64,000 bases of DNA from Candidatus Poribacteria bacterium. GTDB taxonomy: Bacteria; Poribacteria; WGA-4E; PCPOR2b. The notes beneath the pieces are model-generated. The model was given only the letters and a program-made list of their open reading frames with translations, had not been told where the DNA came from and made no database searches. Shown here one piece after another: positions 32,381 to 42,341 of this stretch. The translations under genes and the position numbers were made by a program. Numbering within the stretch: the first letter of the stretch is position 1; each line of letters opens with the position of its first letter. The DNA is taken from assembly GCA_965208675.1 (NCBI GenBank), contig OZ242351.1, positions 992,001 to 1,056,000 on the forward strand, written 5' to 3'.

Positions 32381-32566
32381 TTGACAACCCATAATGAAAG
32401 CCATAGAAAATCCACCACAGAAAATTCTGACGAATTCAATGCGCTCATCGATGCCATCTCAGACTTGCGAAAAGCTATCGCTGCGTACCACAATGATTTC
32501 AAAAAGAGAAAAGTAGAACTGTTGGTTGAGATTGTGCGTCTTCGGGACCTTAATGCCGGACGATAG
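32381..32566 (+). CDS. Small helical hypothetical protein (61 aa)
   Basis: Strong GAGGAGG RBS before TTG 32381; amphipathic helix FNALIDAISDLRKAIAAY. Confidence 0.55.
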   Translation: MTTHNESHRKSTTENSDEFNALIDAISDLRKAIAAYHNDFKKRKVELLVEIVRLRDLNAGR

Positions 32567-32740
32567 TGGAGAAGTCTGGTAGTGTCTGCGCGTGTCAATA
32601 CCCCGGCGACGACGCAGCTTGTTAAATTTAATACGCCGTTCACACGCCTTTTCTCCACAAATGCGAAACCTGAAAAGACAATTGGACGAGCGCTGAAGCA
32701 TTACCATAGCAGCACATCGCAAGGAGCATATAAACTAACT

Positions 32741-32968
32741 ATGAAAGAATTTCGCGCACGTTTTTGGCATCCTGCTCTCTTGATTTGTCATGTTGTCCTA
32801 ATCTTCGTTGGATGCAGCGGGCACCATCCCACAGAATTTCGCCCTGCGGCGGAACACCATGAGGAGACCATTGACCTCTTCAGTGATGAAGAATGGGAGT
32901 CTGTGATAAGTTTGTCTCCCTTACCATATGCCCCGCCGCCCGATCTTACAGATTGTGATACCAAATGA
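32741..32968 (+). CDS. Small putative lipoprotein (75 aa)
   Basis: Basic N-terminus, hydrophobic stretch and lipobox FVGC, followed by an acidic, His- and Pro-rich tail. Confidence 0.55.
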   Translation: MKEFRARFWHPALLICHVVLIFVGCSGHHPTEFRPAAEHHEETIDLFSDEEWESVISLSPLPYAPPPDLTDCDTK

Positions 32969-33297
32969 ACAAGCGTGACCTTTGCCGCATCCTTTCGAAT
33001 GGCTCCTAATAATTCCCGTTTGAGTTGCTCCAATGTTACTTGTTGGGTTTAGTGCTGAGTTAGATCAACGAAAACACCTGCGGCGATGGAATCTACCGAT
33101 ATTAAACTGCCGGTGAAAATTTTTGCGGCGAATGAAAATTGACAATTTGTGAAAAAATTGTGTTACACTGTAGCAAATTGTCGAGAAATTAAACATTCGC
33201 GTTTGCCCAACATTATCAGCCAAAGTTATCGGCAGCAACAAATCACGTGTATGATATTCTCGGCAGAATTTTAACCACTTGCTTCTACAGGGGAGAA

Positions 33298-34935
33298 ATG
33301 AAGGACGAGAATAAGTCGCAGGCGGAACTAATTGACGAATTACAGGAGATGCGCAAGCGAGTCATACAACTAGAACGTGAACGAGCTCAATACAAACAGA
33401 TGGCGCAAGCGGATCCCTACTATAACACGCCGGAGATGTTTGCATCCGTTGACACACAATCGGAGAGGGTACTGCACTGCAATGAGTCGCTCATCATGGC
33501 GTTGGGTTATACCGAATCGGAAATTGTCGGTTCGTCAATATTCAAGATGTATCATGCGGACTGCTTAGAAAACGCAAAGCGGGTGTTCGCTAATCTCATA
33601 AAAACCGGCGAAATCCGCGATACCGAACTGGTTTTGCGGAAAAAAGACGGCGGCATAATCGATGTAAGCTTGAGCGCTTCTACAGTCTGTGATGAAAGTG
33701 GGGACCCGCTTTACAGCCGTTGTTTCTGGACGGACATCACGGAACATAAGGAGACAGAAAGAAAACTTCGCAGGAGTGACCTAAGTTTCCGTCAGCTTGC
33801 GGAGAGCATCCGCGAGGTGTTCTGGCTGATGTCGCTGGATGGTGACGAGATTTTCTACCTGAGTCCCGGATATGAAGATGTATGGGGCAGGCCTAGTGAA
33901 GACCTCATCGCACATCCGATGTCGTGGGTAGAGCACATTCACCCGGAGGACCGAGAGCGCGTAGTCAGTAAATTTCAACGACGGACACAAGGGCACTTTA
34001 CTGAACCCGGCACTGAATTTCGAATTAACCGGCCTGATGGATCCGTCCGCTGGATTCTTGGGCGATCGTTTCCTGTCGAAGATGAGAACGGTAAGGTTTA
34101 CCGCATGGCGGGTTTTGCACTGGATATTACTGAACGCAAACATGCCGAAGAATTGTCTGCGATGCAGCAGCAGCAGCTAATTCAAGCGGATAGAATGACC
34201 TCGTTAGGGATTTTAACCGCTGGCGTAGCACACGAGATTAACAACCCGAACAATTTTATCATACTCAACGGGGAAATGCTTGAGAAGGCGTGGAACGACG
34301 TTTTACCAATTCTAGAGACGTATTGCGAGGAACACGGTGATTTCACTTGTGCGGGCATGCCGTACGCTCAAGCGCGCGGGAGCATCAAAAATCTTACTGC
34401 GGGGATTATTCTTGGGGCGACTCGAATTCAGAAAATAGTGAACGTCCTTGGCGATTTTGTGCAACAAGATGAGGAGAATTTGAGTCAACTGGTGGACTGC
34501 AACGCTGTTGTTGGCTCTGCTATCGTCATTGCGGAAAACCTGATTAAGATATCGACGAACAATTTCTCGACTGACTTGCAGCCAAATCTACCGAAAATTT
34601 CGGGAAACCGACAACAACTTGAACAGGTCCTAATTAACTTAATCTCCAATTCTTGCCAAGCGCTTTCTAATTCTAACAAGAGCGTAGTAATTTCAACTCG
34701 GCACAGTACCGATCAAGTAATGATTGAAGTTCGTGACGAAGGAGAAGGGATTCCGTCTGAAAATTTGCAACAGGTCATGGGAGCCTTATTCACCACAAAG
34801 CGTGAAACTGGCGGCACAGGTCTAGGGCTATCCGTCTCTTACAATATAATCCAGAATCACGGCGGGGATATTACCTTCAACTCCGAAATCGGCAAGGGGA
34901 CGGTAGCCACCGTAACGCTGCCAGCGGTCAATTGA
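33298..34935 (+). CDS. Cytoplasmic PAS-PAS sensor histidine kinase
   Basis: Two PAS/PAC domains, H-box AHEINNP, N-box QVLINLISN, DEGEG and GTGLGL. No TM segment. Confidence 0.93.
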   Translation: MKDENKSQAELIDELQEMRKRVIQLERERAQYKQMAQADPYYNTPEMFASVDTQSERVLHCNESLIMALGYTESEIVGSSIFKMYHADCLENAKRVFANLIKTGEIRDTELVLRKKDGGIIDVSLSASTVCDESGDPLYSRCFWTDITEHKETERKLRRSDLSFRQLAESIREVFWLMSLDGDEIFYLSPGYEDVWGRPSEDLIAHPMSWVEHIHPEDRERVVSKFQRRTQGHFTEPGTEFRINRPDGSVRWILGRSFPVEDENGKVYRMAGFALDITERKHAEELSAMQQQQLIQADRMTSLGILTAGVAHEINNPNNFIILNGEMLEKAWNDVLPILETYCEEHGDFTCAGMPYAQARGSIKNLTAGIILGATRIQKIVNVLGDFVQQDEENLSQLVDCNAVVGSAIVIAENLIKISTNNFSTDLQPNLPKISGNRQQLEQVLINLISNSCQALSNSNKSVVISTRHSTDQVMIEVRDEGEGIPSENLQQVMGALFTTKRETGGTGLGLSVSYNIIQNHGGDITFNSEIGKGTVATVTLPAVN

Positions 34936-34968
34936 TACTCGCCGCGTCTTCAATATGGAGGGAAATCC

Positions 34969-36402
34969 ATGGATACTACGTACTTCCCTACTCGTCCAGT
35001 TCTGCTCGTAGACGATGAAGAGCAATTTTTGTTCAGCGCAAGTTTTGCGTTGATGTCAGAGGGAATTAATCATGTCCGCAAGTGTCACGATAGCCGTGAA
35101 GTCATGTCGATACTGTCGGAAGAGGATTTCTCGGTTGTGGTACTGGATATGTTGATGCCTGGCCTTTCGGGTCGAGACCTTCTACCGTTGATATTGGGTG
35201 AATTCCCTGAACTCCCCGTAACGGTTGTCACCGCTGAAAACAAAGTCGAAATTGCGGTAGAGTGCATGAGAACTGGCGCGTACGACTTCCTCCTAAAACC
35301 GGTGAACAGGACCCGACTCGTTGCAACAGTTCTGCGCGGCATAGAAATTAGCGAACTGCGGCGCGAAAATCGGCAACTCAAAGACCGCCTGCTTTCGCAC
35401 ACGTTAGAACAGCCTGAAGCGTTCTCCGGCATTATTACGCAAGACCGATCTATGTATTCCATATTCCAGTACGTAGAGGCGATCGCCCGAACCAACCTAC
35501 CAGTGTTAATTACAGGGGAAACCGGTGTTGGAAAAGAACTGATTGCGGCAGCAATCCACAAGGTGAGCGGGCGGGAAGGGGCATTTGTTCCGGTCAATGT
35601 GGCGGAGCTTGATGACCATCTATTTGCGGACACGCTCTTTGGTCACCGGAAAGGGGCATATACCGGCGCAGATTCATCCCGTAAGGGGTTGATTGAGCGC
35701 GCGTCAGATGGCACGCTATTCCTTGACGAAATCGGCGACCTACGCATGGAGTCTCAAGTCAAGCTGCTCCGCCTCCTTCAAGAAGGAAAATACTACCAGC
35801 TTGGCACAGATATGCCGAAGGCTAGTAACGCTAGAACAGTAGTCTCCACCAATCGAGACATTCAATTTCTGAGAAATACAGAATCTTTTCGCAAAGACCT
35901 CTATTTCCGTCTGCAGACCCATCATATTCACCTTCCGCCGCTTCGTGATCGCGCAGGTGATATACCACTATTGGTTTCCCATTTCATTGATGAAGCTGCC
36001 GAGTCACTAGGTAAATCTATACCAGCCCCGCCGCCTGAACTATTTTCCTTACTCGTTAATCACCGTTTCCCGGGAAACATCAGGGAACTTCAAGGAATGG
36101 TTTTGGATGCCGTCAGCCGACACAAAGGCGGAAGACTTTCTATTCAGTCCTTCCAAGAAAAAATTAACTACAAATCTTCAGATTCTAGCGGCAACGGGGA
36201 ATCAGCCGAAAATGTATTTGCAGACGGGTTGTCTACGCTGCCTCAATTGCCATCCTTGAAAGCTACCGAGCAGCTTATGATTGATGAAGCCCTGAAGCGC
36301 GCCAATGGAAATCAGACCGTTGCCGCAAAAATATTGGGTATGTCAAGACAAGCGCTGCACAACCGTCTAGCCCGCGCACGGTCTTCAGCGAACGACGTGT
36401 GA
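34969..36402 (+). CDS. NtrC-family sigma-54-dependent response regulator
   Basis: Receiver (LVDDE, LDMLMP), AAA+ GETGVGKE, GAYTGA, LFLDEIG and FPGNIREL, plus a C-terminal Fis-type HTH. Confidence 0.95.
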   Translation: MDTTYFPTRPVLLVDDEEQFLFSASFALMSEGINHVRKCHDSREVMSILSEEDFSVVVLDMLMPGLSGRDLLPLILGEFPELPVTVVTAENKVEIAVECMRTGAYDFLLKPVNRTRLVATVLRGIEISELRRENRQLKDRLLSHTLEQPEAFSGIITQDRSMYSIFQYVEAIARTNLPVLITGETGVGKELIAAAIHKVSGREGAFVPVNVAELDDHLFADTLFGHRKGAYTGADSSRKGLIERASDGTLFLDEIGDLRMESQVKLLRLLQEGKYYQLGTDMPKASNARTVVSTNRDIQFLRNTESFRKDLYFRLQTHHIHLPPLRDRAGDIPLLVSHFIDEAAESLGKSIPAPPPELFSLLVNHRFPGNIRELQGMVLDAVSRHKGGRLSIQSFQEKINYKSSDSSGNGESAENVFADGLSTLPQLPSLKATEQLMIDEALKRANGNQTVAAKILGMSRQALHNRLARARSSANDV

Positions 36403-36888
36403 AACCTCGTTTGATTGCACCAAACGCTAATTCCAATCTTGTAACAACCCGCCTTTCTATCCCCCGCTCTCATACCGGTGCGGCATGCGTCGGACTCCTC
36501 ATCGTTTGATCCTAGTCATGGCATCCAGTAACTTCAAATCCTAACGGGAAATGCCATTCTGCCGCGCCGCTATGTATCAGTACGTGAGATTCTATTGCAG
36601 GATGCGCCTTCGGAAGGTGACGCTGAAAACTCGTAACAGTATAACACAATTCACGTCCGGCCATCGGTGCGCGAAAAGCAAAACAAACTCCCCGATTGAC
36701 GCCAATTCGAAAAACCTGACCTCTGGACCGGTCTTCTTTTTGCTTGATCTTCGTATGGGCATGACATATAATTTCAACCACGATCCTTTTTTAAAACCGA
36801 GTTTTTTCTTCAAAACTCGGTTTCTTCATTACATTATGGCTGGACAAGACGAAATGGATTGGATACGCTCTAAATCAGGAGACAAAAT

Positions 36889-37683
36889 GTGGGATTACTA
36901 ACAGACAAAGTTGCTGTTGTGACGGGCGCCGGACGGGGCGTTGGCAGAGCGGTCGCAGACGAGTTAGCCGAGGCTGGAGCGGCGGTTGCGCTGGCTGCCC
37001 GAACTGTCAGTGAAATCGAGAGTGCCGCAGAGACAATCCGGGCGGACGGGCGCCGCGCAATTACGGTACCCACCGACGTAACGCGCCAATCAGAGGTTGA
37101 TGCGCTATTCGCCCGTACCCGCGAAGAACTGGGGGAAGTCGATATTCTTGTGAACAACGCAGCGATTATTGGTCCTACGGGCAAACTATGGGAAACGAAT
37201 CTGTCGGATTGGCACGATATTTTTGACATCAACCTATTCAGTATGGTGCGGTGCGCATCGGCAGCTCTTCCCTCCATGGTTGAACGCGGTTACGGCAAGA
37301 TAATCAACGTCGGATCGACCGCAGGCTGGACGGATTCGTGGGTACCCGGAAATGCGGAACAGGCGGCGTATGCGGCGACTAAAGCCGCAATCATGCGTTT
37401 CAGCGTGTGTCTGGCGCAACAAGTCAAAGGCGATGGCGTGAACGTAAATTGTGTCGGCGTAAGTGCACACACTCGCATGAGCGACGAGGCGCGCCTGGCG
37501 TTAGCGCGGGTGCGCGGCACGCCCCCGCCGCCGACCATGGATGACCTCCCAATCAGTCAGCAGGTGCTGCCAGAGACGAACGCACCGCTGTTTGTCTTTT
37601 TGGCGTCATCTATGTCGGATCACATCACCGGCCAGTATCTTGAAGCTAACCAGATGCCCCACCGCAAGCCTAGGCACCGTTAA
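36889..37683 (+). CDS. Short-chain dehydrogenase/reductase
   Basis: TGAGRGVG, NNAA and YAATK. Confidence 0.92.
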   Translation: MGLLTDKVAVVTGAGRGVGRAVADELAEAGAAVALAARTVSEIESAAETIRADGRRAITVPTDVTRQSEVDALFARTREELGEVDILVNNAAIIGPTGKLWETNLSDWHDIFDINLFSMVRCASAALPSMVERGYGKIINVGSTAGWTDSWVPGNAEQAAYAATKAAIMRFSVCLAQQVKGDGVNVNCVGVSAHTRMSDEARLALARVRGTPPPPTMDDLPISQQVLPETNAPLFVFLASSMSDHITGQYLEANQMPHRKPRHR

Positions 37684-37692
37684 AAAAAGCCG

Positions 37693-37715
37693 GTAGGCGC
37701 GGTTTCCAACCGCAC
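37693..37715 (+). repeat. Short GTAG-type REP element
   Basis: GTAG followed by hairpin GCGCGGTT-TCC-AACCGCAC, 10 nt after the SDR stop. Confidence 0.55.
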
Positions 37716-37794
37716 AGGTTTTCACCCAAAATTAAAAATTAATGAGATCGACTATAACCGAATCCCAAGGCAAATCTACGGCTAAAGAGGGGAC

Positions 37795-38988
37795 ATGAAA
37801 CAATCACCTATTCGCGTCGGGTTAGTTGGATCGGGTTTCGTCGCTAAATTCCACAGCTTGGCTTACAACAATCTATCCTTAGTGTACAATTCTGCGCTGC
37901 CTGCGGTCGTACGGACTAGACTCTTTGATGTGACGCCTGAACTCGCTGCGGAGGGCGCTGCACAGTTTGGTTGGCAAGAAGCGACGGACGATTGGCGAAA
38001 CATCACACGCGCCGACGACATCGATCTTGTCGATATTGTTGCGCCGAACTACGCGCACGCGGAGATTGCCATTGATGCGGCGAAGCACGGCAAACACATT
38101 TTCTGTGAAAAACCGCTTGCGCACGATGTTGCCTCGGCGCGTCAAATGGTCGAAGCGGTTCTTCAAGCAGGATGTGTTCACCAAGTGGGATTTGTGTACC
38201 GTATGTGGCCCGCTGTCGCTTTTGCCAAAGAAATCATTGACACCGGTAAAATCGGTCGGATAATCCACTTCCATTCACGGTTCCTACACGATTACGGACT
38301 AGATCCTTCACTGCCGATGAGTTGGCGGTTCGAATCGGGGAAAGCCGGTGCCGGCAGCATCGGCGACATCGGGTCCCACGCGATTGATATTGGTAGATAC
38401 CTTGTTGGCGACATTGTCCGTGTTTTCGCTCGGTCACAAACATTTGTAGGGAAAAGATTAATTGCCCCGCCGGGATTAAGCAACGCCTTTCGCCGCGGTG
38501 ACGGCGAAATCCAAGAATCATCGGAGTACGGCACCGTGGATGTCGATGATGCAACTGACATGTTGGTCGAATTTGAAGACGGCACGATGGGAAATTTTGA
38601 GACAAATTGGGCGGCAGCGGGTCACGAGAACGAACTCAGTTTTGAGGTGAGCGGTGAGCGCGGCGCCATAAAGTTCAGTTGGCGCCACGCGAATGAATTG
38701 TTAGTGCATTCGGCGGATGATCCGGAGAATCTGAACGGTTTTCGCACCGTCATTATTGGCCCCATGCATCCGAATGCGGAGTCTTTCGGGCCAGTGCCCG
38801 GTCTTGGCATGGGTTATACTGATGCATTTTATATCGCAATGCGTCAGATGGTTGAATCAATCTCCCGTGGAAAGGCGGATAGCCCGAATTTTATAGACGG
38901 CTTGAAAGCCTGCGAGGTAGTGGATGCTGCTGTGCGTTCATCTGCTTCAGCGCAATGGGAAGAGGTCTATCGTAATTCGGCAGAGTGA
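37795..38988 (+). CDS. Gfo/Idh/MocA family oxidoreductase
   Basis: VGSGFVA, CEKPLA and GSIGDIGSH. Confidence 0.92.
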   Translation: MKQSPIRVGLVGSGFVAKFHSLAYNNLSLVYNSALPAVVRTRLFDVTPELAAEGAAQFGWQEATDDWRNITRADDIDLVDIVAPNYAHAEIAIDAAKHGKHIFCEKPLAHDVASARQMVEAVLQAGCVHQVGFVYRMWPAVAFAKEIIDTGKIGRIIHFHSRFLHDYGLDPSLPMSWRFESGKAGAGSIGDIGSHAIDIGRYLVGDIVRVFARSQTFVGKRLIAPPGLSNAFRRGDGEIQESSEYGTVDVDDATDMLVEFEDGTMGNFETNWAAAGHENELSFEVSGERGAIKFSWRHANELLVHSADDPENLNGFRTVIIGPMHPNAESFGPVPGLGMGYTDAFYIAMRQMVESISRGKADSPNFIDGLKACEVVDAAVRSSASAQWEEVYRNSAE

Positions 38989-39002
38989 AGGATTCTCTAC
39001 AA

Positions 39003-39154
39003 TAGGACTTGCGCAATAAGTTCAAAAGTCCCCCTGATAAGGGATCAAGCAAACGAATAGTGAGTGCGATAGTCTTGAGGGGGGTTAAAAACACTGAAAT
39101 AACGACTTTCTAAGTCCAAAATTCCCTTTTTCTGCTCAATTTGCGTAAGTCCTA
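39003..39154. mobile_element. 152-bp MITE with 14-bp terminal inverted repeats and 5-bp target duplication
   Basis: TAGGACTTGCGCAA ... TTGCGTAAGTCCTA (1 mismatch), flanked by TACAA at 38998-39002 and 39155-39159. Confidence 0.8.
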
Positions 39155-39336
39155 TACAAATTATTATCGCATTCATCAACACTGTGAGTTTGTGCCCTTC
39201 ACTAACTAGTTGTCCAGAAAAGACATTTCCTTAGTCTCTCCCAAAGCGCTGGGTAGTAATGTAATTTCAGAGGACAAAGCGGCATCTCAACCAATCAATC
39301 CCCCTAAATCACTATTTCAGAAAGGATAAGTCGCAA

Positions 39337-40203
39337 ATGAAGCGTAAGTGGAAAACAGCGTTTCTCACAATCTTGGACTATAGCACCATGCCGTCAACCG
39401 ATGTGATTGAGTCCTTGCGTCGTTTGGGGTATGAAGGTATCGAGTGGACGATGGATCACTTCGATCCCGATTTGCCGATTGCACAATTGCGCGAACTCGT
39501 CTGGCGCACCCGCGACGCTGGCATGGAAGTATCCCAGATTATGGCGCATACCGACCTGATTTCGCTCGACGACGCCGTACGCAAGCAAAAAATCGATCGG
39601 ATTGTGCGCGGTATAAGAGCCGCCGGCGAGTGCGGGGTAAGTGCGGTCAGTGTGTTGACGGGACCGTCGATTTGGGAGTCCGACCACGTCCGAATCGGCG
39701 AAGATATGAGCGAGACGGCTGCCTGGGATCAGGCGATTGAAGCGATTGAGACTTTCGTCGAAGCCGCTCAGGATTCCAACGTTGTCATCACGTCTGAAGC
39801 AGTCTACGGCATGCTTGCCCACGATTTCTATACGCATAAATGGCTGGTAGATCAAGTAGACCATCCCGCGCACAAGGTCAATTTCGATCCGTCGCACCAC
39901 GTCCTCTACGGCATAGAAGATATGCGTTGGTTAATTCACCAGTGGGGAGATAGAATTGCACATGTTCACATCAAGGACGCGGTTGGGATACCGCAACTCA
40001 ACAAATTTGTCTTTCCGCTGCTTGGCGAAGGCAGAGTCAACTGGAAAGATTTCTTCATTGGTCTCGAGGAGATTGACTACCGTGGATTCTGCAGCCTCGA
40101 GTTCGAGTCCTTTCGGTTCTACCGCCAAGTCCTCAAAAACAACCCGGAAGCCGCCGCCCAAATTTTGCTCGAACAGCTAAATGTTCTTCTCGTAGATGAT
40201 TGA
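39337..40203 (+). CDS. Sugar phosphate isomerase/epimerase (xylose isomerase-like TIM barrel)
   Basis: GYEGIE, NFDPSH, HVHIKD, LGEG and SLEFE metal motifs. Confidence 0.88.
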   Translation: MKRKWKTAFLTILDYSTMPSTDVIESLRRLGYEGIEWTMDHFDPDLPIAQLRELVWRTRDAGMEVSQIMAHTDLISLDDAVRKQKIDRIVRGIRAAGECGVSAVSVLTGPSIWESDHVRIGEDMSETAAWDQAIEAIETFVEAAQDSNVVITSEAVYGMLAHDFYTHKWLVDQVDHPAHKVNFDPSHHVLYGIEDMRWLIHQWGDRIAHVHIKDAVGIPQLNKFVFPLLGEGRVNWKDFFIGLEEIDYRGFCSLEFESFRFYRQVLKNNPEAAAQILLEQLNVLLVDD

Positions 40204-40251
40204 GTGCGCCCACCGTGATGTAATAACCCACAATCTTGAATTTCGTTTTTT

Positions 40252-41531
40252 GTAGGTTGGGTTAAGCGGATTCGTGAATAACGCTGCATAATAGCCATGA
40301 GCGCCGCACCTTGATTTAGTTTCAAATTCCTCATGGCGTAGCGAACCCAACGCTTTTCTCGTTCCTGCGTGTGAAACCGTCGAAATTTCATCCTAGGGTG
40401 ACGCAAACGTTTCAATCACGAACTGCAATTAAGGTAGAAACGGAGCATGTTGCGCCAATCTAGTTTTTGCAGGTTGGATAGAGCGATCAACCGACCGAAC
40501 AGTTCTTGTAGGTTGGGTTAAGCGGATTCGCGAATAACGCTGCAAAAGAGCCATGTACGCCGCTCCTTGATTCAGTCTCAAACTCCTCATGGCGTAGCGA
40601 ACCCAACGCTTTTCATGTCTGTCATTTCGAAAGCATCCAGACATCGTATCGCGTTCGCCAAGGCAATAACACACCGTGCCTCCATGTCACAACCCGGTGA
40701 GAACCACAAACATGAACACCGATGCCAAATCTATTTGGTTACCTTAAGTTCCTGTAGGTTGGGTTAAGCGATCAACCGACCGAATAGGGAGGGCGATAGT
40801 TCTAACCTTTAAAGACTAAACGCTGCATAATAGCCGTGAGCGCCACACCTTGATTCAGTCTCAAACTCCTCATGGCGTAGCGAACCCAACGCTTTTCTCT
40901 ATTTTGCCTGTGAAACCGTATTGAGGAATCTCAAAAATGAACCGAAGCAACCATTACGTCAAGATTGTTGAATGGTCCGATGAAGATCAAAGTTATATTG
41001 GCAGTTGCCCGGGACTCTTTTATGGTGGATGCCACGGGGATAATGAACAAAAGGTATTCGCTGAACTGTGTCGCATCGTTGAAGAGACGATTGAACTATA
41101 TCAGCGAGATGCCAGACCCCTACCATCAGCGACATCCGGCAAAAACTACGCTAACAAGATGTTGGAATTTGCCGAACAGACCGTAACGCTTTAGCGAGTG
41201 ATGTTCTTCTAGTTCTTGTAGGTTGGGTTAAGCGGATTCGTGAACAACGCTGCATAAGAGCCATGAACGCCAAACCTAGATTCCCTCTCAAGATTGTCAC
41301 GACGCAGCGAACCCAACGCTTTTCCTAAATCCGAATCTGGTTTGTTCTGCGAAATACGTGCCCGTTTTGACCGACGTATCAAGAGACCGATGAGTTCTTG
41401 TGGGTTGGGTAGAGCGATCAACCGACCGAATAGGGAGGGCGATAGTCTTCTCTATTTTTTGCGTGTATCTTGAACATGCAAGCAGTTTTTTGAATGCGTC
41501 CAAGGTTTGTTTGCGCGTAGCGAAACCCAAC
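40252..41531 (+). repeat. Array of long GTAG-type REP-like repeats (5 full copies, 1 partial)
   Basis: Copies start G(T/C)(A/G)GGTTGG at 40252, 40469 (partial), 40508, 40754, 41218 and 41400. Full copies end ACCCAAC-GCTTTT at 40351, 40607, 40890, 41317 and 41531, giving 100-137 bp units with shared internal blocks. Confidence 0.9.
40937..41194 (+). CDS. HicB-like antitoxin domain protein
   Basis: VEWSDEDQSYIGSCPGL..GCHGD...RPLP pattern. No hicA gene is adjacent. Confidence 0.75.
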   Translation: MNRSNHYVKIVEWSDEDQSYIGSCPGLFYGGCHGDNEQKVFAELCRIVEETIELYQRDARPLPSATSGKNYANKMLEFAEQTVTL

Positions 41532-41635
41532 GCTTTTCCTGTCCGTCATTACGAAAGCGTCTAGACTTCGTATTGCGTTCGCCAAGGAAATAACGCTCCG
41601 TATGTCCTAGGCACAACCCGTTTAGAATCGAAATC

Positions 41636-41962
41636 ATGAATACCGATACGAAATCAATTTGGTTACCCCAAGCCATTGTCATTGCGATGTTAATGGCCGC
41701 TCCTTTTTTGATGGACTCTGACGTGTTTTTCGGATTGCTCAAATTGGTCTGCTGTCCAGTGTTTGCGTATCTTGCATATCACGCGTGGAAGCAAAATAAA
41801 ACCGTTTGGGTTTGGGTTCTTGGGATCACCGCAGTTATATTCAATCCCATTATCCGCGTATACTCAATTTGGGACATGTCGCTACTTGTGGTCTTGGCTA
41901 GTATCGGAATAGCCTTCGCCGCTCTCTTCGTGCTGAATCCCAACAATCCAAAAAATGACTAA
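41636..41962 (+). CDS. Small membrane protein, DUF6804-like
   Basis: Four hydrophobic segments and the motif WVWVLGITAVIFNPII. Confidence 0.65.
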   Translation: MNTDTKSIWLPQAIVIAMLMAAPFLMDSDVFFGLLKLVCCPVFAYLAYHAWKQNKTVWVWVLGITAVIFNPIIRVYSIWDMSLLVVLASIGIAFAALFVLNPNNPKND

Positions 41963-42029
41963 CGTCAAAATGAGTAGAAAGCATTTGCAGAGATACATTA
42001 TCGAATTTCAGGAAAGGCATTACACAGGT

Positions 42030-42341
42030 CTATCTTATATTATGATAATAAGCTTGCTCTATCAGGGGTTTTATAATTTCAATATCCGATTCGCTGCGTA
42101 CTAAACATTGATAGTCCCACCCTGATTTTCCTATAGGTTTACAAACCCCCATAGGATCATCTATTGACGCGCTGTTAAGGTTTAATTTTACCCTTATAGA
42201 TTTGGCTTGTGGTTCAATTTTTACAAACCTACGATCCATGCTGTTAGCCTTAAAACTAATACCATTTTTGGGCGTTCTTACCTCATCATCAGCATTTGGA
42301 AAACTTTTAATAACATCAATTAACGACTCTTTGAGACTCAT
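42030..42341 (-). CDS. DUF5655-like small protein
   Basis: ISFK...RFVKIEPQAKSIRVKL...IDDPMG...DIEIIKPLIEQAY; AGAGGA RBS; AT-rich. Confidence 0.65.
   Translation of the reverse strand: MSLKESLIDVIKSFPNADDEVRTPKNGISFKANSMDRRFVKIEPQAKSIRVKLNLNSASIDDPMGVCKPIGKSGWDYQCLVRSESDIEIIKPLIEQAYYHNIR

Noticed and set aside
36420-36880. Overlapping short ORFs after the response regulator
   Set aside because: ORFs on both strands lack RBSs and motifs and have atypical composition.
40252-41531. Repeat array as CRISPR or integron attC sites
   Set aside because: Units are 100-137 bp, divergent and irregularly spaced, with no cas genes. The GTTRRRY and RYYYAAC boxes are in the opposite order to attC, and no intI is present.
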